A stretch of DNA of 64,000 nt from an uncultured Oscillospiraceae bacterium (GTDB lineage: Bacteria; Bacillota; Clostridia; Oscillospirales; Oscillospiraceae): assembly GCA_944387205.1 (NCBI GenBank), contig CALXDZ010000118.1, positions 16,309-80,308 of the forward strand, written 5' to 3'. Both the position numbers and the translations under genes were made by a program. The notes beneath the pieces are model-generated. The model was not told where the DNA came from, ran no database searches, and was given only the letters and a program-made list of their open reading frames with translations. Positions 38,195 through 50,178 of this stretch are shown here, in pieces (within the stretch, counting starts at the first letter, position 1; each line of letters starts with the position of its first letter).

Positions 38195-40423
38195 TTACGG
38201 CTCTGTAGCCGTGCTTTCCACTTTTTTCAGCAGATACAGATTCTCCACTCGGTTTTCCGTGTCGAAGAGATTGTTGTACTGGACCTTGTCATAATCTGCC
38301 ACCAGATCGGCATAGGGGGAGGTCTTGTCGTCGATCAAGTACCACTGGCCGTCGTCGCCCAGATAGCCATTGGCATTGATGACAGGGATCTTCGTGTGCA
38401 GCTGAGACAGGTACTGCTGGTAGTCCGTCAGAGGCAGGCCCGCCACCTCCATCAGAAGGGTAGACAGGTAGTTGGCGCTGATGGCCTCGACCTCCTGCTC
38501 CTCGATCTCATAGTTGGCCCAGATGATGAACGGAGTCTGATACATCTTCTGCCGCTCCTCCAGAGTTAGCTCATTGAGGGACTTGCCGAAGATCTCCTCA
38601 TAGAACCCGCTCTCAATGGAAGGCTGATGATCACCGAAGATGCAGATGATGGTGGGCTCACTGACCTGACTAAAGTAAGAGGTGAGCTGCTGGAAGGCAT
38701 CATCGGTGCGCTTGACCAGGGACAGATACTGGTCGGCCTTGGGGTACTTGCCCTCCATGTCGCCGGTGAGCCAGACCTCCTGCTGGAAATTGCTGGAGGT
38801 GCTGGTATAGCTGGAGTGGTTCTGCATGGTCACATTGAACAGGAAGAAAGGCCGCCCCTCATCCCGTTCCTCATACATCTGCTCCACCTGGCGGAAATCA
38901 AACTCATCGCTGACGTAGCGGCGCAGGAAGGTCACCTGGTCAGGATACATCTCCGAGACCTCCTGGCTGTAACGCAGGAAGTTGCCGTCCTCCCGGTACT
39001 TGGCCACGTTCTCCTCGCCAAAGAGATCCTCGATGGAGATGTAGTCCTCAAAGCCCAGCAGCGGATAGACCCGCTCCCGCTGCCAGTTGGCACCGTAATA
39101 GGGGTGGAAGGCCGTCTTGGAATAACCCAGAGTGCCCAAAGAGGACACCAGAGAGGGCATGGGATTGTCCACATAGGATTCATAGGCGCAGGCACCGGCA
39201 GGCAGGAACGCCAAAGAGTCACCGGTAAGGAACTCAAACTCGCTGTTGGCCGTTCCAGCACCGTACACGGACACATACAGGTTGCCCTTGACCGTGTTGT
39301 CAGACAGGGAACGCATATAGGGCATATAGTCAATGTTGGTGGTGAAATCCCCTACCACACTCAGATCCGACAGGGTCTCATCCATGATACAGATGATGTT
39401 GGGTCGCTCCTTGGTGGCGCCGGGGGCACCGTCATTGCCCGCCTGCTCTTCGCCGGAGTTGACGATCTGCTCCACCTGGTCGCTGGAGTAGCCATCCGGC
39501 GGGCTGACGATGAGATACTTGGTGTTGATCCAGAAGTGGAAAAGAGAGCCGTTGTTGCGATAGCCCCGGGCCTGATTAAAAAAGTCAGGCTTCATGCCCT
39601 GGTTGGCAAACCAGTCCGAGGTATACAGCAGACCGGAAAACAGCGCAATCACCGCCAGAGAGCCCAGGCGGATCCCCAGCTTGAGGCGTTTGCCGGGCTT
39701 GAGCACCGGCAGTCGAGTCCCCAGCACCAGAAGCGCTACAAAGAACACAGTGCCCAGCACCATATACTTATCTGGCGTATAGTCATAGGTCCCTGCCACT
39801 GACAGTCCCGTCCCCACACTGGCAATATCTGCTGGCAGCAGCGGAGTTCCCCGGAACGCAAGGACATAGTGATTGGCCACACCAAAGATATAAAAAACGG
39901 TGTTGATAACGAACCAGGAAATTCGGACGCTGCCGCCGACGGCATAGATGCCCAGGAACAGCAGCGCGGCAAAGATGTAATTTCGGAAGAAGGTCAGCGG
40001 GGACCAGTCATAGGTAAACACGCCGCCTAAGTACTCCATCATGGTCAAAGAGGCCACTGGCAGCAGCAGATACAGCACGCCGGTACACCAGCGGGCCACC
40101 CGCTGGCTGACGTTCCACTCCAAGCGGAAGGCAGCCACCGCTCCCGCCGCCAGGGCCAGCAGCACCGACAGCACCAACTGCAGGGGCCCTACCCAGACAA
40201 TGGTGTCCCCCGTGGGGGACACCGCACCGGTGACAGCGTCACCGGCAGCAGGATCACCATGGGTGACAAAGGCCTGCAAAAAGATCAGAATGAAAAGAAT
40301 CAGAGCTCCGGCGATCACCGCTCCGGTGATACGGCTTTTCCGGGTGCTGGACACCCGGGGCCACTCCAGCCGGAGCCTGGGCCGGACCATTTGAGGGTCA
40401 CGGATTTCAACGGTAGAATTCAT
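38195..40423 (-). CDS. LTA synthase family (sulfatase-fold) membrane protein
   Basis: N-terminal TMs, PNIICIMDET, GTANSEFEFLTG, TMQNH, FGDHQP. Confidence 0.9.
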   Translation of the reverse strand: MNSTVEIRDPQMVRPRLRLEWPRVSSTRKSRITGAVIAGALILFILIFLQAFVTHGDPAAGDAVTGAVSPTGDTIVWVGPLQLVLSVLLALAAGAVAAFRLEWNVSQRVARWCTGVLYLLLPVASLTMMEYLGGVFTYDWSPLTFFRNYIFAALLFLGIYAVGGSVRISWFVINTVFYIFGVANHYVLAFRGTPLLPADIASVGTGLSVAGTYDYTPDKYMVLGTVFFVALLVLGTRLPVLKPGKRLKLGIRLGSLAVIALFSGLLYTSDWFANQGMKPDFFNQARGYRNNGSLFHFWINTKYLIVSPPDGYSSDQVEQIVNSGEEQAGNDGAPGATKERPNIICIMDETLSDLSVVGDFTTNIDYMPYMRSLSDNTVKGNLYVSVYGAGTANSEFEFLTGDSLAFLPAGACAYESYVDNPMPSLVSSLGTLGYSKTAFHPYYGANWQRERVYPLLGFEDYISIEDLFGEENVAKYREDGNFLRYSQEVSEMYPDQVTFLRRYVSDEFDFRQVEQMYEERDEGRPFFLFNVTMQNHSSYTSTSSNFQQEVWLTGDMEGKYPKADQYLSLVKRTDDAFQQLTSYFSQVSEPTIICIFGDHQPSIESGFYEEIFGKSLNELTLEERQKMYQTPFIIWANYEIEEQEVEAISANYLSTLLMEVAGLPLTDYQQYLSQLHTKIPVINANGYLGDDGQWYLIDDKTSPYADLVADYDKVQYNNLFDTENRVENLYLLKKVESTATEP

Positions 40424-40763
40424 ATTTGCTTTGTTCTCCTTATGCACAGGGCGAGATGACCTAGTTCCTCCCGCCGGGCGATTCGGATCAGCGTATTTTT
40501 TGTCGAACCGCCGTCAGTAGATAATAGCACACTTCCTTCAAATTGCAAGTCCCTTTTTACAGAGATCTTACCTGATTTTTACGCGCAGTCTTGTAAGGTA
40601 TAGACGTATTTTCCCTAAAAAAAGTTTCGCATGTCCTCTCTTTTTTCGCGTGGATTCAAAAAATGGCAGGCCTTCGATGGATGCCGGAAAAGCGCTCCAC
40701 AATCGTGGAGCGCTTTCCCGCAAAACAAAAGAAGAGGAAGAAAGAAGATAGGATCATCTATTT

Positions 40764-42143
40764 TCACGCCGCGGTGCCGGAGCCGCTGGAGCTGCCGGAC
40801 CCGGAACGATTACCAAAGAAATATTCAAACAGGTCGTTGGGATCATAGTAACCGGAACCGCTCTGGGAGTTGTCCTGAACGGTATCGTTCTGTGAGGTGC
40901 TCTGAGCAGGCTCAGAGCCGAAGGTCAGCTCCACAGTGAGGGTATCTCCCTGTCGGTAGATCGTGAAGGTAGCAGTATCCCCGGCGGTGTAGCCCTTCTT
41001 TGCGGCACTCAGGTCTTCCATAGAGGTGACAGTGGTGTCGTCCACCTTGGTGATCACGTCACCGGGCTGGATGCCTGCCTTGTCGGCAGCACTGCCCTCC
41101 TCCACAGAGTAGACATACACGCCCTCTGTCAGGCCGGTCTGCTGAGCCATCTGGGCATTCATGGTGGCAGCGGTGACACCCAGGTAGGCCTTGTTGGTCA
41201 CATAGCCGTTGGTCATGATGTCCTCCAGCATGGACATGACGTCGTTGATGGGGATGGCAAAGCCCAGGCCCTCCACCGTCTCGTTGGAGTAGCTGGAGTA
41301 CTTGGCGGACACGATGCCCACCACTTCGCCGTACTCATTGAACAGAGGGCCACCGGAGTTGCCGGGGTTGATGGAGGTATCGGTCTGAATCATGTTGAAG
41401 GGAGTGCCGTCCACGTTGATGGGGCGGTTCACACTGGAGACCATGCCGCCGGACATGGAGAAGGTCAGCTCACCCAGGGGGTTGCCCACCGCCAGAACGT
41501 GGTCGCCCACGTTGAGGCTGTCGCTGTCGCCCACGGTGACGGCCTGGAGGCCGGTGGCGTTGATCTTGATCACCGCGATATCGTAGTCCTCGTCGGAACC
41601 GATCACCGTAGCATCATAGGTCTCGCCGGAGTACAGCGTCACCTTCACGGAGGTGGCTCCGTCGATGACGTGGTGGTTGGTAACGATATAGCCGTCCTCC
41701 GTCAGGACAAATCCGGAACCGGAGGAGGCGTTCTCCACCGTCTGGCCGAAGTAGTTGGTGGTGGCGGAGCAGTTGATGGAGACCACACTGTTGACATTGG
41801 CGGCGTAGTTCTCCGCGTCGGTCATCTTGGTCTGGCCATCCACGGCCACCTGCTTGACCTCTACAGGCTCCCGGCTGCTGACCTGGACCTCGGCGGTATT
41901 TCCACTGCTGCCACCGGCTGCCCACATGACACCGGCGCCCGCAGCGCCGCCCAGCAGAGCACAGCTTAAAGCCAAAGCGGTCATCTTCAGGGCAGCACTG
42001 TTTTTCTTGCCGCCCTTCTTTTTGGGCTCCTCCCAGGGTTCCCGGTAGGTGGTCTCCACCACGGGAGGCTGCGCCTGCTCAGGCCGCTCTGTGCCGTCCT
42101 TACGATAACTATAATGATACAGATTCTTCTCGTCGTTATACAT
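40764..42143 (-). CDS. htrA: HtrA-family membrane-anchored serine protease with PDZ
   Basis: GSGFV, TNHHV, DIAV, GNSGGPL, PDZ domain. Confidence 0.92.
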   Translation of the reverse strand: MYNDEKNLYHYSYRKDGTERPEQAQPPVVETTYREPWEEPKKKGGKKNSAALKMTALALSCALLGGAAGAGVMWAAGGSSGNTAEVQVSSREPVEVKQVAVDGQTKMTDAENYAANVNSVVSINCSATTNYFGQTVENASSGSGFVLTEDGYIVTNHHVIDGATSVKVTLYSGETYDATVIGSDEDYDIAVIKINATGLQAVTVGDSDSLNVGDHVLAVGNPLGELTFSMSGGMVSSVNRPINVDGTPFNMIQTDTSINPGNSGGPLFNEYGEVVGIVSAKYSSYSNETVEGLGFAIPINDVMSMLEDIMTNGYVTNKAYLGVTAATMNAQMAQQTGLTEGVYVYSVEEGSAADKAGIQPGDVITKVDDTTVTSMEDLSAAKKGYTAGDTATFTIYRQGDTLTVELTFGSEPAQSTSQNDTVQDNSQSGSGYYDPNDLFEYFFGNRSGSGSSSGSGTAA

Positions 42144-42502
42144 ATCGAGTCCTCCTTGCGTACTCGTTTTTCACCAGAAAGCTTTGGGAAAGGGACGCTG
42201 TCTTTTCGCTTGGCTCTCACTCTTTCCCGAACCTTTGAGTGCAGTATACGGCGTCTTTTTTAAAACAACCTTAAAGTTCCCAAAAAGTTTATGACTTTTC
42301 TGTAAACGAAATGCGGCTTTTTTTATTTTTTGCTATCTTTTCCTTACCGGAAGAAAAAAACGCCCTCTCTCCTGCTTTTTTCTCCTCTCGGCCTCTTTAG
42401 GGGCAGACAGGCTGGGGAAAAGTATGGTATACTGATAAAAATTTGAATCCGCCCGGCCTCGGCCATCCTGCGGGGCCTATCAGGAGAAAGGCGTGGTCTG
42501 CA

Positions 42503-44110
42503 TTGCTGAAAATTGAAGGGATTCGGCTGGAACCAGGATTGGAGTCTCAGCTCCGCCGCCGGGTAGCCCGAATTCTGCATATTCCGGAAAGCGAGCTGAT
42601 ATCCTGCCGGTTGCTGCGCCGGTCCATCGACGCCCGGGAGGGGGTCTTTTTCGTCTGCTCCGCCCTGGCGGAGGTCCGCAGCGAGACGGCTGTCCTCCGC
42701 CGCGCTCCGGCCCATGTCAGTATCTACACACCTCGTATCTGGACGCCGCCTCAGCCTCTGTCCGCTCCGGCAGTGCCGCCGGTGGTGGTGGGTGCCGGCC
42801 CCGGCGGGCTCTTCGCCGCCCTGGTGCTGGCTCAGGCAGGTCTGCGTCCCATCCTGCTGGAGCGGGGCCGGTGCGTGGAGCGGCGGAAGGAGGACGTGGA
42901 GCGCTTTTGGCGCACAGGACAGCTGGACCTGACCTCCAACGTCCAGTTCGGCGAGGGCGGTGCCGGTGCCTTTTCCGACGGCAAGCTCAACACCGGCACC
43001 AAGGACCTGCGCCACCGCTTTATCCTGGAGCAGCTGGTGGCCTGCGGCGCCCCGGAGGACATCCTCATCGACGCCAAGCCCCACGTGGGCACCGACTACC
43101 TCCACATCGCCCTCAAGGGGCTGCGCCGGCGCCTGTTAGAGCTGGGGGCGGACATCCGCTTCGAGACCCGCCTGACGGATCTGGAGATTCAAGACAGCGC
43201 CCTCATCGCTATCCTGGCCCAGGGGCCAGAGGGGGAGGTGCGCCTGCCCTGCCGGCAGCTGGTGCTCTGCCCGGGCCACTCTGCCCGAGACACCTTCGCC
43301 ATGCTCCACCGCCGGGGCGTACCCCTGGAGGCCAAGCCCTTTGCCGTGGGCGTGCGCATTGAGCACCGTCAGTCCACCGTGGACGCGGCCCAGTACAAGC
43401 GCTACGCCGGGCACCCGGGCCTGCCCGCCGCGTCCTACAAGCTCTCCTGCCATCTGCCCAGCGGCCGCTCCGCCTTCTCCTTCTGCGTCTGTCCCGGCGG
43501 AGAGGTGGTTGCCGCCGCATCGGAGGCTCAGGGCGTGGTCACCAACGGCATGAGCGAATTTGCCCGGGACAAAGAGAACATCAACGGCGCGCTGCTGGTA
43601 AACGTGACGCCGGAGGATTTCGGCGGCGGAGACGATCCTCTGGCGGGCGTTGCCTTCCAGCGGCGTCTGGAAGCGGCGGCCTTTTCTTTAGGCGGTGGGG
43701 ACTACCGTGCCCCGGCCCAGCGGGTGGGAGATTTTCTCGCCGGCGTGCCCTCCACAGGCGCCGGCACTGTGACTCCCTCTTACCGCCCCGGCGTCACCTG
43801 GTGCGACCTGGGGCAGTGTCTGCCGCCCTTTGTAGCCCAGGCACTGCGGGAGGCCCTGCCGGTGCTGGGCCGGAAGCTGCGGGGCTATGACGCCCCGGAC
43901 GCCGTGCTGACGGCGGTGGAGAGCCGCAGCTCCTCCCCGGTGCGCATTCCCCGGGACGAGACGTATCAGGCCCCCATCCGGGGACTGTATCCCTGCGGAG
44001 AGGGCGCCGGCTGGGCCGGCGGCATCCTCTCTGCCGCCGCCGACGGCATGCGGGCGGCGGAGCACGTCTGTGCATCCATCCAACAGGAGGTCGATCATCA
44101 TGAGCCGTAA
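42503..44110 (+). CDS. FAD/NAD(P)-dependent oxidoreductase
   Basis: VVGAGPGG Rossmann motif, QFGEGGAGAFSDGKL, GEGAGWAGGI; probable TTG start 42503. Confidence 0.85.
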   Translation: MLKIEGIRLEPGLESQLRRRVARILHIPESELISCRLLRRSIDAREGVFFVCSALAEVRSETAVLRRAPAHVSIYTPRIWTPPQPLSAPAVPPVVVGAGPGGLFAALVLAQAGLRPILLERGRCVERRKEDVERFWRTGQLDLTSNVQFGEGGAGAFSDGKLNTGTKDLRHRFILEQLVACGAPEDILIDAKPHVGTDYLHIALKGLRRRLLELGADIRFETRLTDLEIQDSALIAILAQGPEGEVRLPCRQLVLCPGHSARDTFAMLHRRGVPLEAKPFAVGVRIEHRQSTVDAAQYKRYAGHPGLPAASYKLSCHLPSGRSAFSFCVCPGGEVVAAASEAQGVVTNGMSEFARDKENINGALLVNVTPEDFGGGDDPLAGVAFQRRLEAAAFSLGGGDYRAPAQRVGDFLAGVPSTGAGTVTPSYRPGVTWCDLGQCLPPFVAQALREALPVLGRKLRGYDAPDAVLTAVESRSSSPVRIPRDETYQAPIRGLYPCGEGAGWAGGILSAAADGMRAAEHVCASIQQEVDHHEP

Positions 44111-45080
44111 TATCTGTGTATACTTGGAATTTCTCACTGACTCTCACCGCCGGGCCATTGAGCAGGCCGCGGAGCAGACGGGCTTCTCCGTCCGCTTCTT
44201 CTCCCCCGAGGAGCTGGAGGAGGCCAAGGCCTATGTCCGCGACTGCGAGGTGCTCTACGCCCACTCCCCCGAGCTGCTGCGGGCTGCGGGAACCGGGCTG
44301 AAGTGGTACTGCTGCTCCTTTGCCGGAGTGGACCCCTACTGCAAGGACGAGAGCCTCTTTGCCAATCCCCACTGCCTTTTGACCAACTGCAACGTCTACG
44401 GCGTGACCATTGCCGAGCATGTGGTCATGGTGACGCTGATGCTGCTGCGCCGGATGCCGGAGTACGGCGAGATCGTCCGCCGCCGCAGCTGGTCCAACCA
44501 ACTGCCCATCCGCTCCATCCGGGACAACCAGGTGACCATTCTGGGCACCGGCGATATCGGCGTCAACGTGGCTCAGCGGATGCGGGGCATGAACATCGGC
44601 AGTGTCACCGGACTGAGCCGCAGCGGAAAGGCCAAGGGGCCCGCGGATCTCTTTGATCAGGTCCTGCCCATCTCCAAGCTGGACGAGGTGCTGCCCCAGA
44701 CCAAGATCCTGGTGATGGCCCTGCCGGACACTCCTGAGACCCGGGGCATCCTCAGCCGGGAGCGCATCGCCCTGCTGCCCTCCGATGCCATCGTCATCAA
44801 CGTAGGCCGGGGCCCTGCCGTGGACCAGGACGCCCTGATGGAGGCGCTGAATGGGAAAAAGATCGCCGGGGCAGCCCTGGATGTGATGGTGCCGGAGCCC
44901 CTGCCTCAAGAGCATCCCCTATGGGAGACGAAGAACCTGATCCTGACCCCCCACGTCTCCGGCAACATGACTCTGGGCTACACCTGCGACCGGAACGTGG
45001 AGCTGTTCTGCCAGGATCTTCTCAACTACGCCGCCGGCCGGCCTCTGGAACACCTGGTGGACCGTCGGCGGGGGTATTGA
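44100..45080 (+). CDS. D-2-hydroxyacid dehydrogenase family protein
   Basis: GTGDIG, INVGRG, AALDV...EPLP, TPHVSG. Confidence 0.9.
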   Translation: MSRNICVYLEFLTDSHRRAIEQAAEQTGFSVRFFSPEELEEAKAYVRDCEVLYAHSPELLRAAGTGLKWYCCSFAGVDPYCKDESLFANPHCLLTNCNVYGVTIAEHVVMVTLMLLRRMPEYGEIVRRRSWSNQLPIRSIRDNQVTILGTGDIGVNVAQRMRGMNIGSVTGLSRSGKAKGPADLFDQVLPISKLDEVLPQTKILVMALPDTPETRGILSRERIALLPSDAIVINVGRGPAVDQDALMEALNGKKIAGAALDVMVPEPLPQEHPLWETKNLILTPHVSGNMTLGYTCDRNVELFCQDLLNYAAGRPLEHLVDRRRGY

Positions 45081-45183
45081 TTCCCCGTGTCCTTATCTAT
45101 ATAATGTAGGTATCTTGATCCCTCTGCAGGCGGACCTCTCCCACGTCTCCGCCTTTTCAATCCACACAAAGGAGATATGCGGT

Positions 45184-46362
45184 ATGGATAACTTTGATTT
45201 CTATTCCCCTACTTATTTTGCCTTCGGCGATGGCCAGGAAAAGCGGGCCGGTGAGCTGGTGCGCCGCTTCGGCGGCAGTCGGGTGCTCATCGTCACCGGC
45301 GGCGGCTCCGTTCATCGCAACGGCGCCTTTGACGCCATTGCGTCCTCTCTGGATGAGGCGGGCATCCTCTATATGGAGCTCTCCGGCGTGCAGCCCAATC
45401 CCCGCAGCAGCAAGGTCTATGAGGGTATCGAGCTGTGCCGCCGGGAAAACCTGGACTTCCTGCTGGCAGTCGGCGGCGGCAGCGCCATCGACACCGCCAA
45501 GGCCATCGGCGTGGGCGTGCCCTATCAGGGGGATTTCTGGGATTTCTTCTGCGCCAAGGCCCAGCCCACCGCCACACTGCCTGTGGCCACGGTGCTGACT
45601 ATCTCCGCCGCCGGAAGTGAGGGTTCCAACAGCTGTGTCATCACCAAGGATGAGGGAATGCTCAAGTGGTCTATGAACCTGGATCTGATCCGCCCCAAGT
45701 TCTCCATTCTCAATCCCAAGTACACCTGCACGCTCCCCGCCTACCAGACCGCCAGCGGCGCAGTGGACATGATGAGCCACATCTGTGAGCGCTATTTCAC
45801 CAACACCACCGATGTTGCCCTCACCGACCGGCTGTGCGAGGCGCTGCTGCGAACCATCATCGAAGCCGCCCCCCGAGCCATTGCCGACCCCAATGACTAC
45901 GCCGCCCGGGCCGATCTCATGTGGGCAGGCATGCTGGCTCACAACAACTCCTGCGGCATCGGCCGTGTGCAGGACTGGGCCAGCCATCAGATCGAGCACG
46001 AGCTCTCCTCTTTCTACGACTGCGCCCACGGTGCCGGCCTTGCAGTGGTGACTCCCGCCTGGATGGAGTATGTCTATCGCCACGACATCACCCGCTTTGC
46101 CCAGTTCGCTGTTCGGGTCTTCGGCTGTGAGATGAACTTCGTCAACCCGGAGGCCACTGCGCTGGAGGGCATCCAGCGTCTGCGGGAGTTCTTCCGCTCT
46201 CTGGGTATGCCCGTCACCTTCGCCGAGATCGGCGCCAAGGCCGAAGACATTCCCGATATGGTAGCCCACCGGGCTCAGAAGCCCAATGGCTTCCCCTTCG
46301 GCAATTTCGTCAAGATCCATCCCGACGATATGACGGAGATCTGCCGTCTGTGCTGCCGGTAA
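45184..46362 (+). CDS. Iron-containing alcohol dehydrogenase (BdhA/YugJ-like)
   Basis: GGGS x2, WASHQIEHELS, HGAGLA; terminator 46409-46440. Confidence 0.9.
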   Translation: MDNFDFYSPTYFAFGDGQEKRAGELVRRFGGSRVLIVTGGGSVHRNGAFDAIASSLDEAGILYMELSGVQPNPRSSKVYEGIELCRRENLDFLLAVGGGSAIDTAKAIGVGVPYQGDFWDFFCAKAQPTATLPVATVLTISAAGSEGSNSCVITKDEGMLKWSMNLDLIRPKFSILNPKYTCTLPAYQTASGAVDMMSHICERYFTNTTDVALTDRLCEALLRTIIEAAPRAIADPNDYAARADLMWAGMLAHNNSCGIGRVQDWASHQIEHELSSFYDCAHGAGLAVVTPAWMEYVYRHDITRFAQFAVRVFGCEMNFVNPEATALEGIQRLREFFRSLGMPVTFAEIGAKAEDIPDMVAHRAQKPNGFPFGNFVKIHPDDMTEICRLCCR

Positions 46363-46528
46363 AAACCTCCCCCATGTCAAACACGAAACATTCCGCTTTT
46401 ACACGGACAAAGGCCCGCACCGAAAGGTGCGGGCCTTTGCCTGCCTAAAGGGGAGAATCGGAACAGAAGGAAGAAAAGAAACCCTGCGTTCCCCGCCGCG
46501 AGAGCACAGGGAATCCTGACAAAATGAT

Positions 46529-47857
46529 TTAAAGGACCATATCCACGTCAAGCTTTCCCTCTAAATTTTCGGAGTCCTCATGGCTCAGAAAGCTTCCCGG
46601 AGTGCGCAGCAGGGCGCCCAGCAGACCGAACACCAGAGCGGGGACCACCCAGCCGAACCCCAAGGCCGCCAGAGGCAGTCTTTCCACCAGAGAAATGGAT
46701 ACACCACTCTGGTTCAGTGTCTCCAGGATGCTGAACAGCAGCGCGCCCAGAGCAGCCATACGGCAGACGTTGTTGTTGCGGATCCGACGGCCGAAATAGG
46801 CCAGGATAATCAGCACCAGGGTAGGAGGATAGACGATGCTGAGGATGGGGGAAGCGATGGACACGATCTGATCCAGGCCGAAGTTGGACAGCACCGCACT
46901 GCACACGCAAATGAAAATAACCAGTGCCTGATAGCTGATGCGGCCCTTAAAGAGCTTGACGAAATAGGAGGCAGCCGCACTGGTAAGACCCACGGCAGTG
47001 GTAACGCAGGCCAGGCCCACCACGATGCCGAAGATCACCAGACCAGCCCGTCCCAGCAGGCCTTCCACAATGGAGAGGACCAGGGTAGAGCGATCGATCT
47101 CCTCGTCAAAGAGAGTAGAGGCAGTAGCTCCCAGATAGGTCAGGCCCAGATAGACCACCAGCAGGCCCACGGCAGCCACGACGCCGGCGCCGGCCACTAC
47201 CTTGCAGCTGTCCTTGGCCGTGCGGTAGCCCTTGCTCTCGGCACTCTTGAGGATGATCAGGCCAAAGACCAGAGTCGCCAGCACATCCATGGTCTGATAG
47301 CCGTTGAAGATGCCGCTGGCGGGCACGTCCGCGATCTTGGCTTCCGCCGCAATGGGCCCCAGGGGCTGAAAGACGCCCACGGCAATGAGCAGCAGCAATC
47401 CCAGGAACAGGGCCGGCGTCAGGAACTTGCCTACAATGTCCACCACAGCGGACTCACGGATGCACAGCGCTAGAATCAGCGCGAAGAAGACGATGGAGAA
47501 TACCACCGGGCTGACGCCGCTGAACAGAGGCTGGATGGACAGCTCAAAGGTAGTAGCGCCAGTGCGGGGAATGGCCAGCATAGGGCCAATGCACAGCACG
47601 ATGGCGGTCATCAAGATAGCGGAGGGAATCCGGCCCACACGGCGGGTAATGCCCTCTGTGCTGCCGCACTTGAGCATAGCAAACAGCGCTACCAAGGCAA
47701 GTCCAATGTCGGCAAGGTAATAACAGGCGAAGCCCATCAGCCATTGCGCCCCCGACTGCATGCCCAGGTGCGGGGGGAAGATCACATTGCCCGCGCCAAA
47801 AAACATGGAAAACAGCGCAAACCCGATGATGAAAATATCCTTCGTCTTTCCTTTCAT
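46529..47857 (-). CDS. brnQ: Branched-chain amino acid:cation symporter
   Basis: GFALFSMFFGAGNVIFPP, IPRTGAT, GYQTMD, ACVTTAVGL. Confidence 0.93.
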   Translation of the reverse strand: MKGKTKDIFIIGFALFSMFFGAGNVIFPPHLGMQSGAQWLMGFACYYLADIGLALVALFAMLKCGSTEGITRRVGRIPSAILMTAIVLCIGPMLAIPRTGATTFELSIQPLFSGVSPVVFSIVFFALILALCIRESAVVDIVGKFLTPALFLGLLLLIAVGVFQPLGPIAAEAKIADVPASGIFNGYQTMDVLATLVFGLIILKSAESKGYRTAKDSCKVVAGAGVVAAVGLLVVYLGLTYLGATASTLFDEEIDRSTLVLSIVEGLLGRAGLVIFGIVVGLACVTTAVGLTSAAASYFVKLFKGRISYQALVIFICVCSAVLSNFGLDQIVSIASPILSIVYPPTLVLIILAYFGRRIRNNNVCRMAALGALLFSILETLNQSGVSISLVERLPLAALGFGWVVPALVFGLLGALLRTPGSFLSHEDSENLEGKLDVDMVL

Positions 47858-48276
47858 GCCGTGAGCCCTCCTGTCTGAATTTTTTGGCCTTTTCCTGTTT
47901 TCCACAGGGGAAAATGGCCTGCTTTTCCAACCTTTTTGCCAAGGTTTTGTTTGCGTTTCCTCTTGTTTTGTGTGTTTTTATTATATATTTTCCAAAACCT
48001 CTCGTCAATATTGTTTATTTTGCACAATCCTCAAAATGGTGCTTGTAACGAAAGAAGTCTGACACTTAATTTCTTTGCAAGAAACAATCATCCTAAATTT
48101 CAAAATAAAATTTTTTTCAATTTTTTGGTGTTGTCTGCTCTCTGCTTGTCTTGTCTGTTCACATTGACCAGAGATTTTGCCCTGCCTTACCTCCTCTTTT
48201 TTTATTGATAAAAAGCATCTGTCAAAGCGTCCTCAGCAAAGCCCATCTGATGCACCATCTTCCTTTTTGGTCAAGG

Positions 48277-48327
48277 AACGAAACAAGGCCCCGGTATCCT
48301 CAGAGGATACCGGGCCTTGTTTCGTTT
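48277..48327. terminator. Terminator-like hairpin downstream of the duplicated asnS end
   Basis: aacgaaacaaggccccggtatcctc / gaggataccgggccttgtttcgtt. Confidence 0.75.
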
Positions 48328-48555
48328 TTAGAAGTCGGCGTTGCCCACCGTGCGGGGATGGGGCAGGCCCCAGGGGGGCACGCCCCGCCGGGGACCCCCA
48401 TCTCATCACTTGCCCGGGGCAAATGAATGGCCCCGGACCAAGGTTTTGGGCTGCACCCAAAACACTTGACGGCGCACAGCGCCGCCCCATCAAAAGATGG
48501 GTCCCGACGTCCTGCCCCACATACGGGAGCAGTCATCGGGACCCGATTTTCCTGA

Positions 48556-49950
<1,395 letters not shown>

Positions 49951-50178
49951 GTTGCAATCACCTGTTATTTCTTGTTTTGGCGCGAAGAAAGCATCAATTA
50001 GAAGTATTATACCGCCCTTTTCCCTGTTTTACAAGAGCAAAGGCCATTTCCGCCCTCGGGAAAGTGGATTTTTCTCCCTTTTCTTCCTTCTTTTTGTCCC
50101 TCTTGTCAGGTCTATTCTACCCAGACGCTCCATCTGACCAAAAAAGCCGGGCGGCGCTTGCCGCCCGGTTGTTTCCTC

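Noticed and set aside
47860-48270. AT-rich stretch upstream of brnQ as foreign DNA or CodY site
   Set aside because: Length and composition fit an ordinary promoter region; best CodY-like matches have too many mismatches to call.
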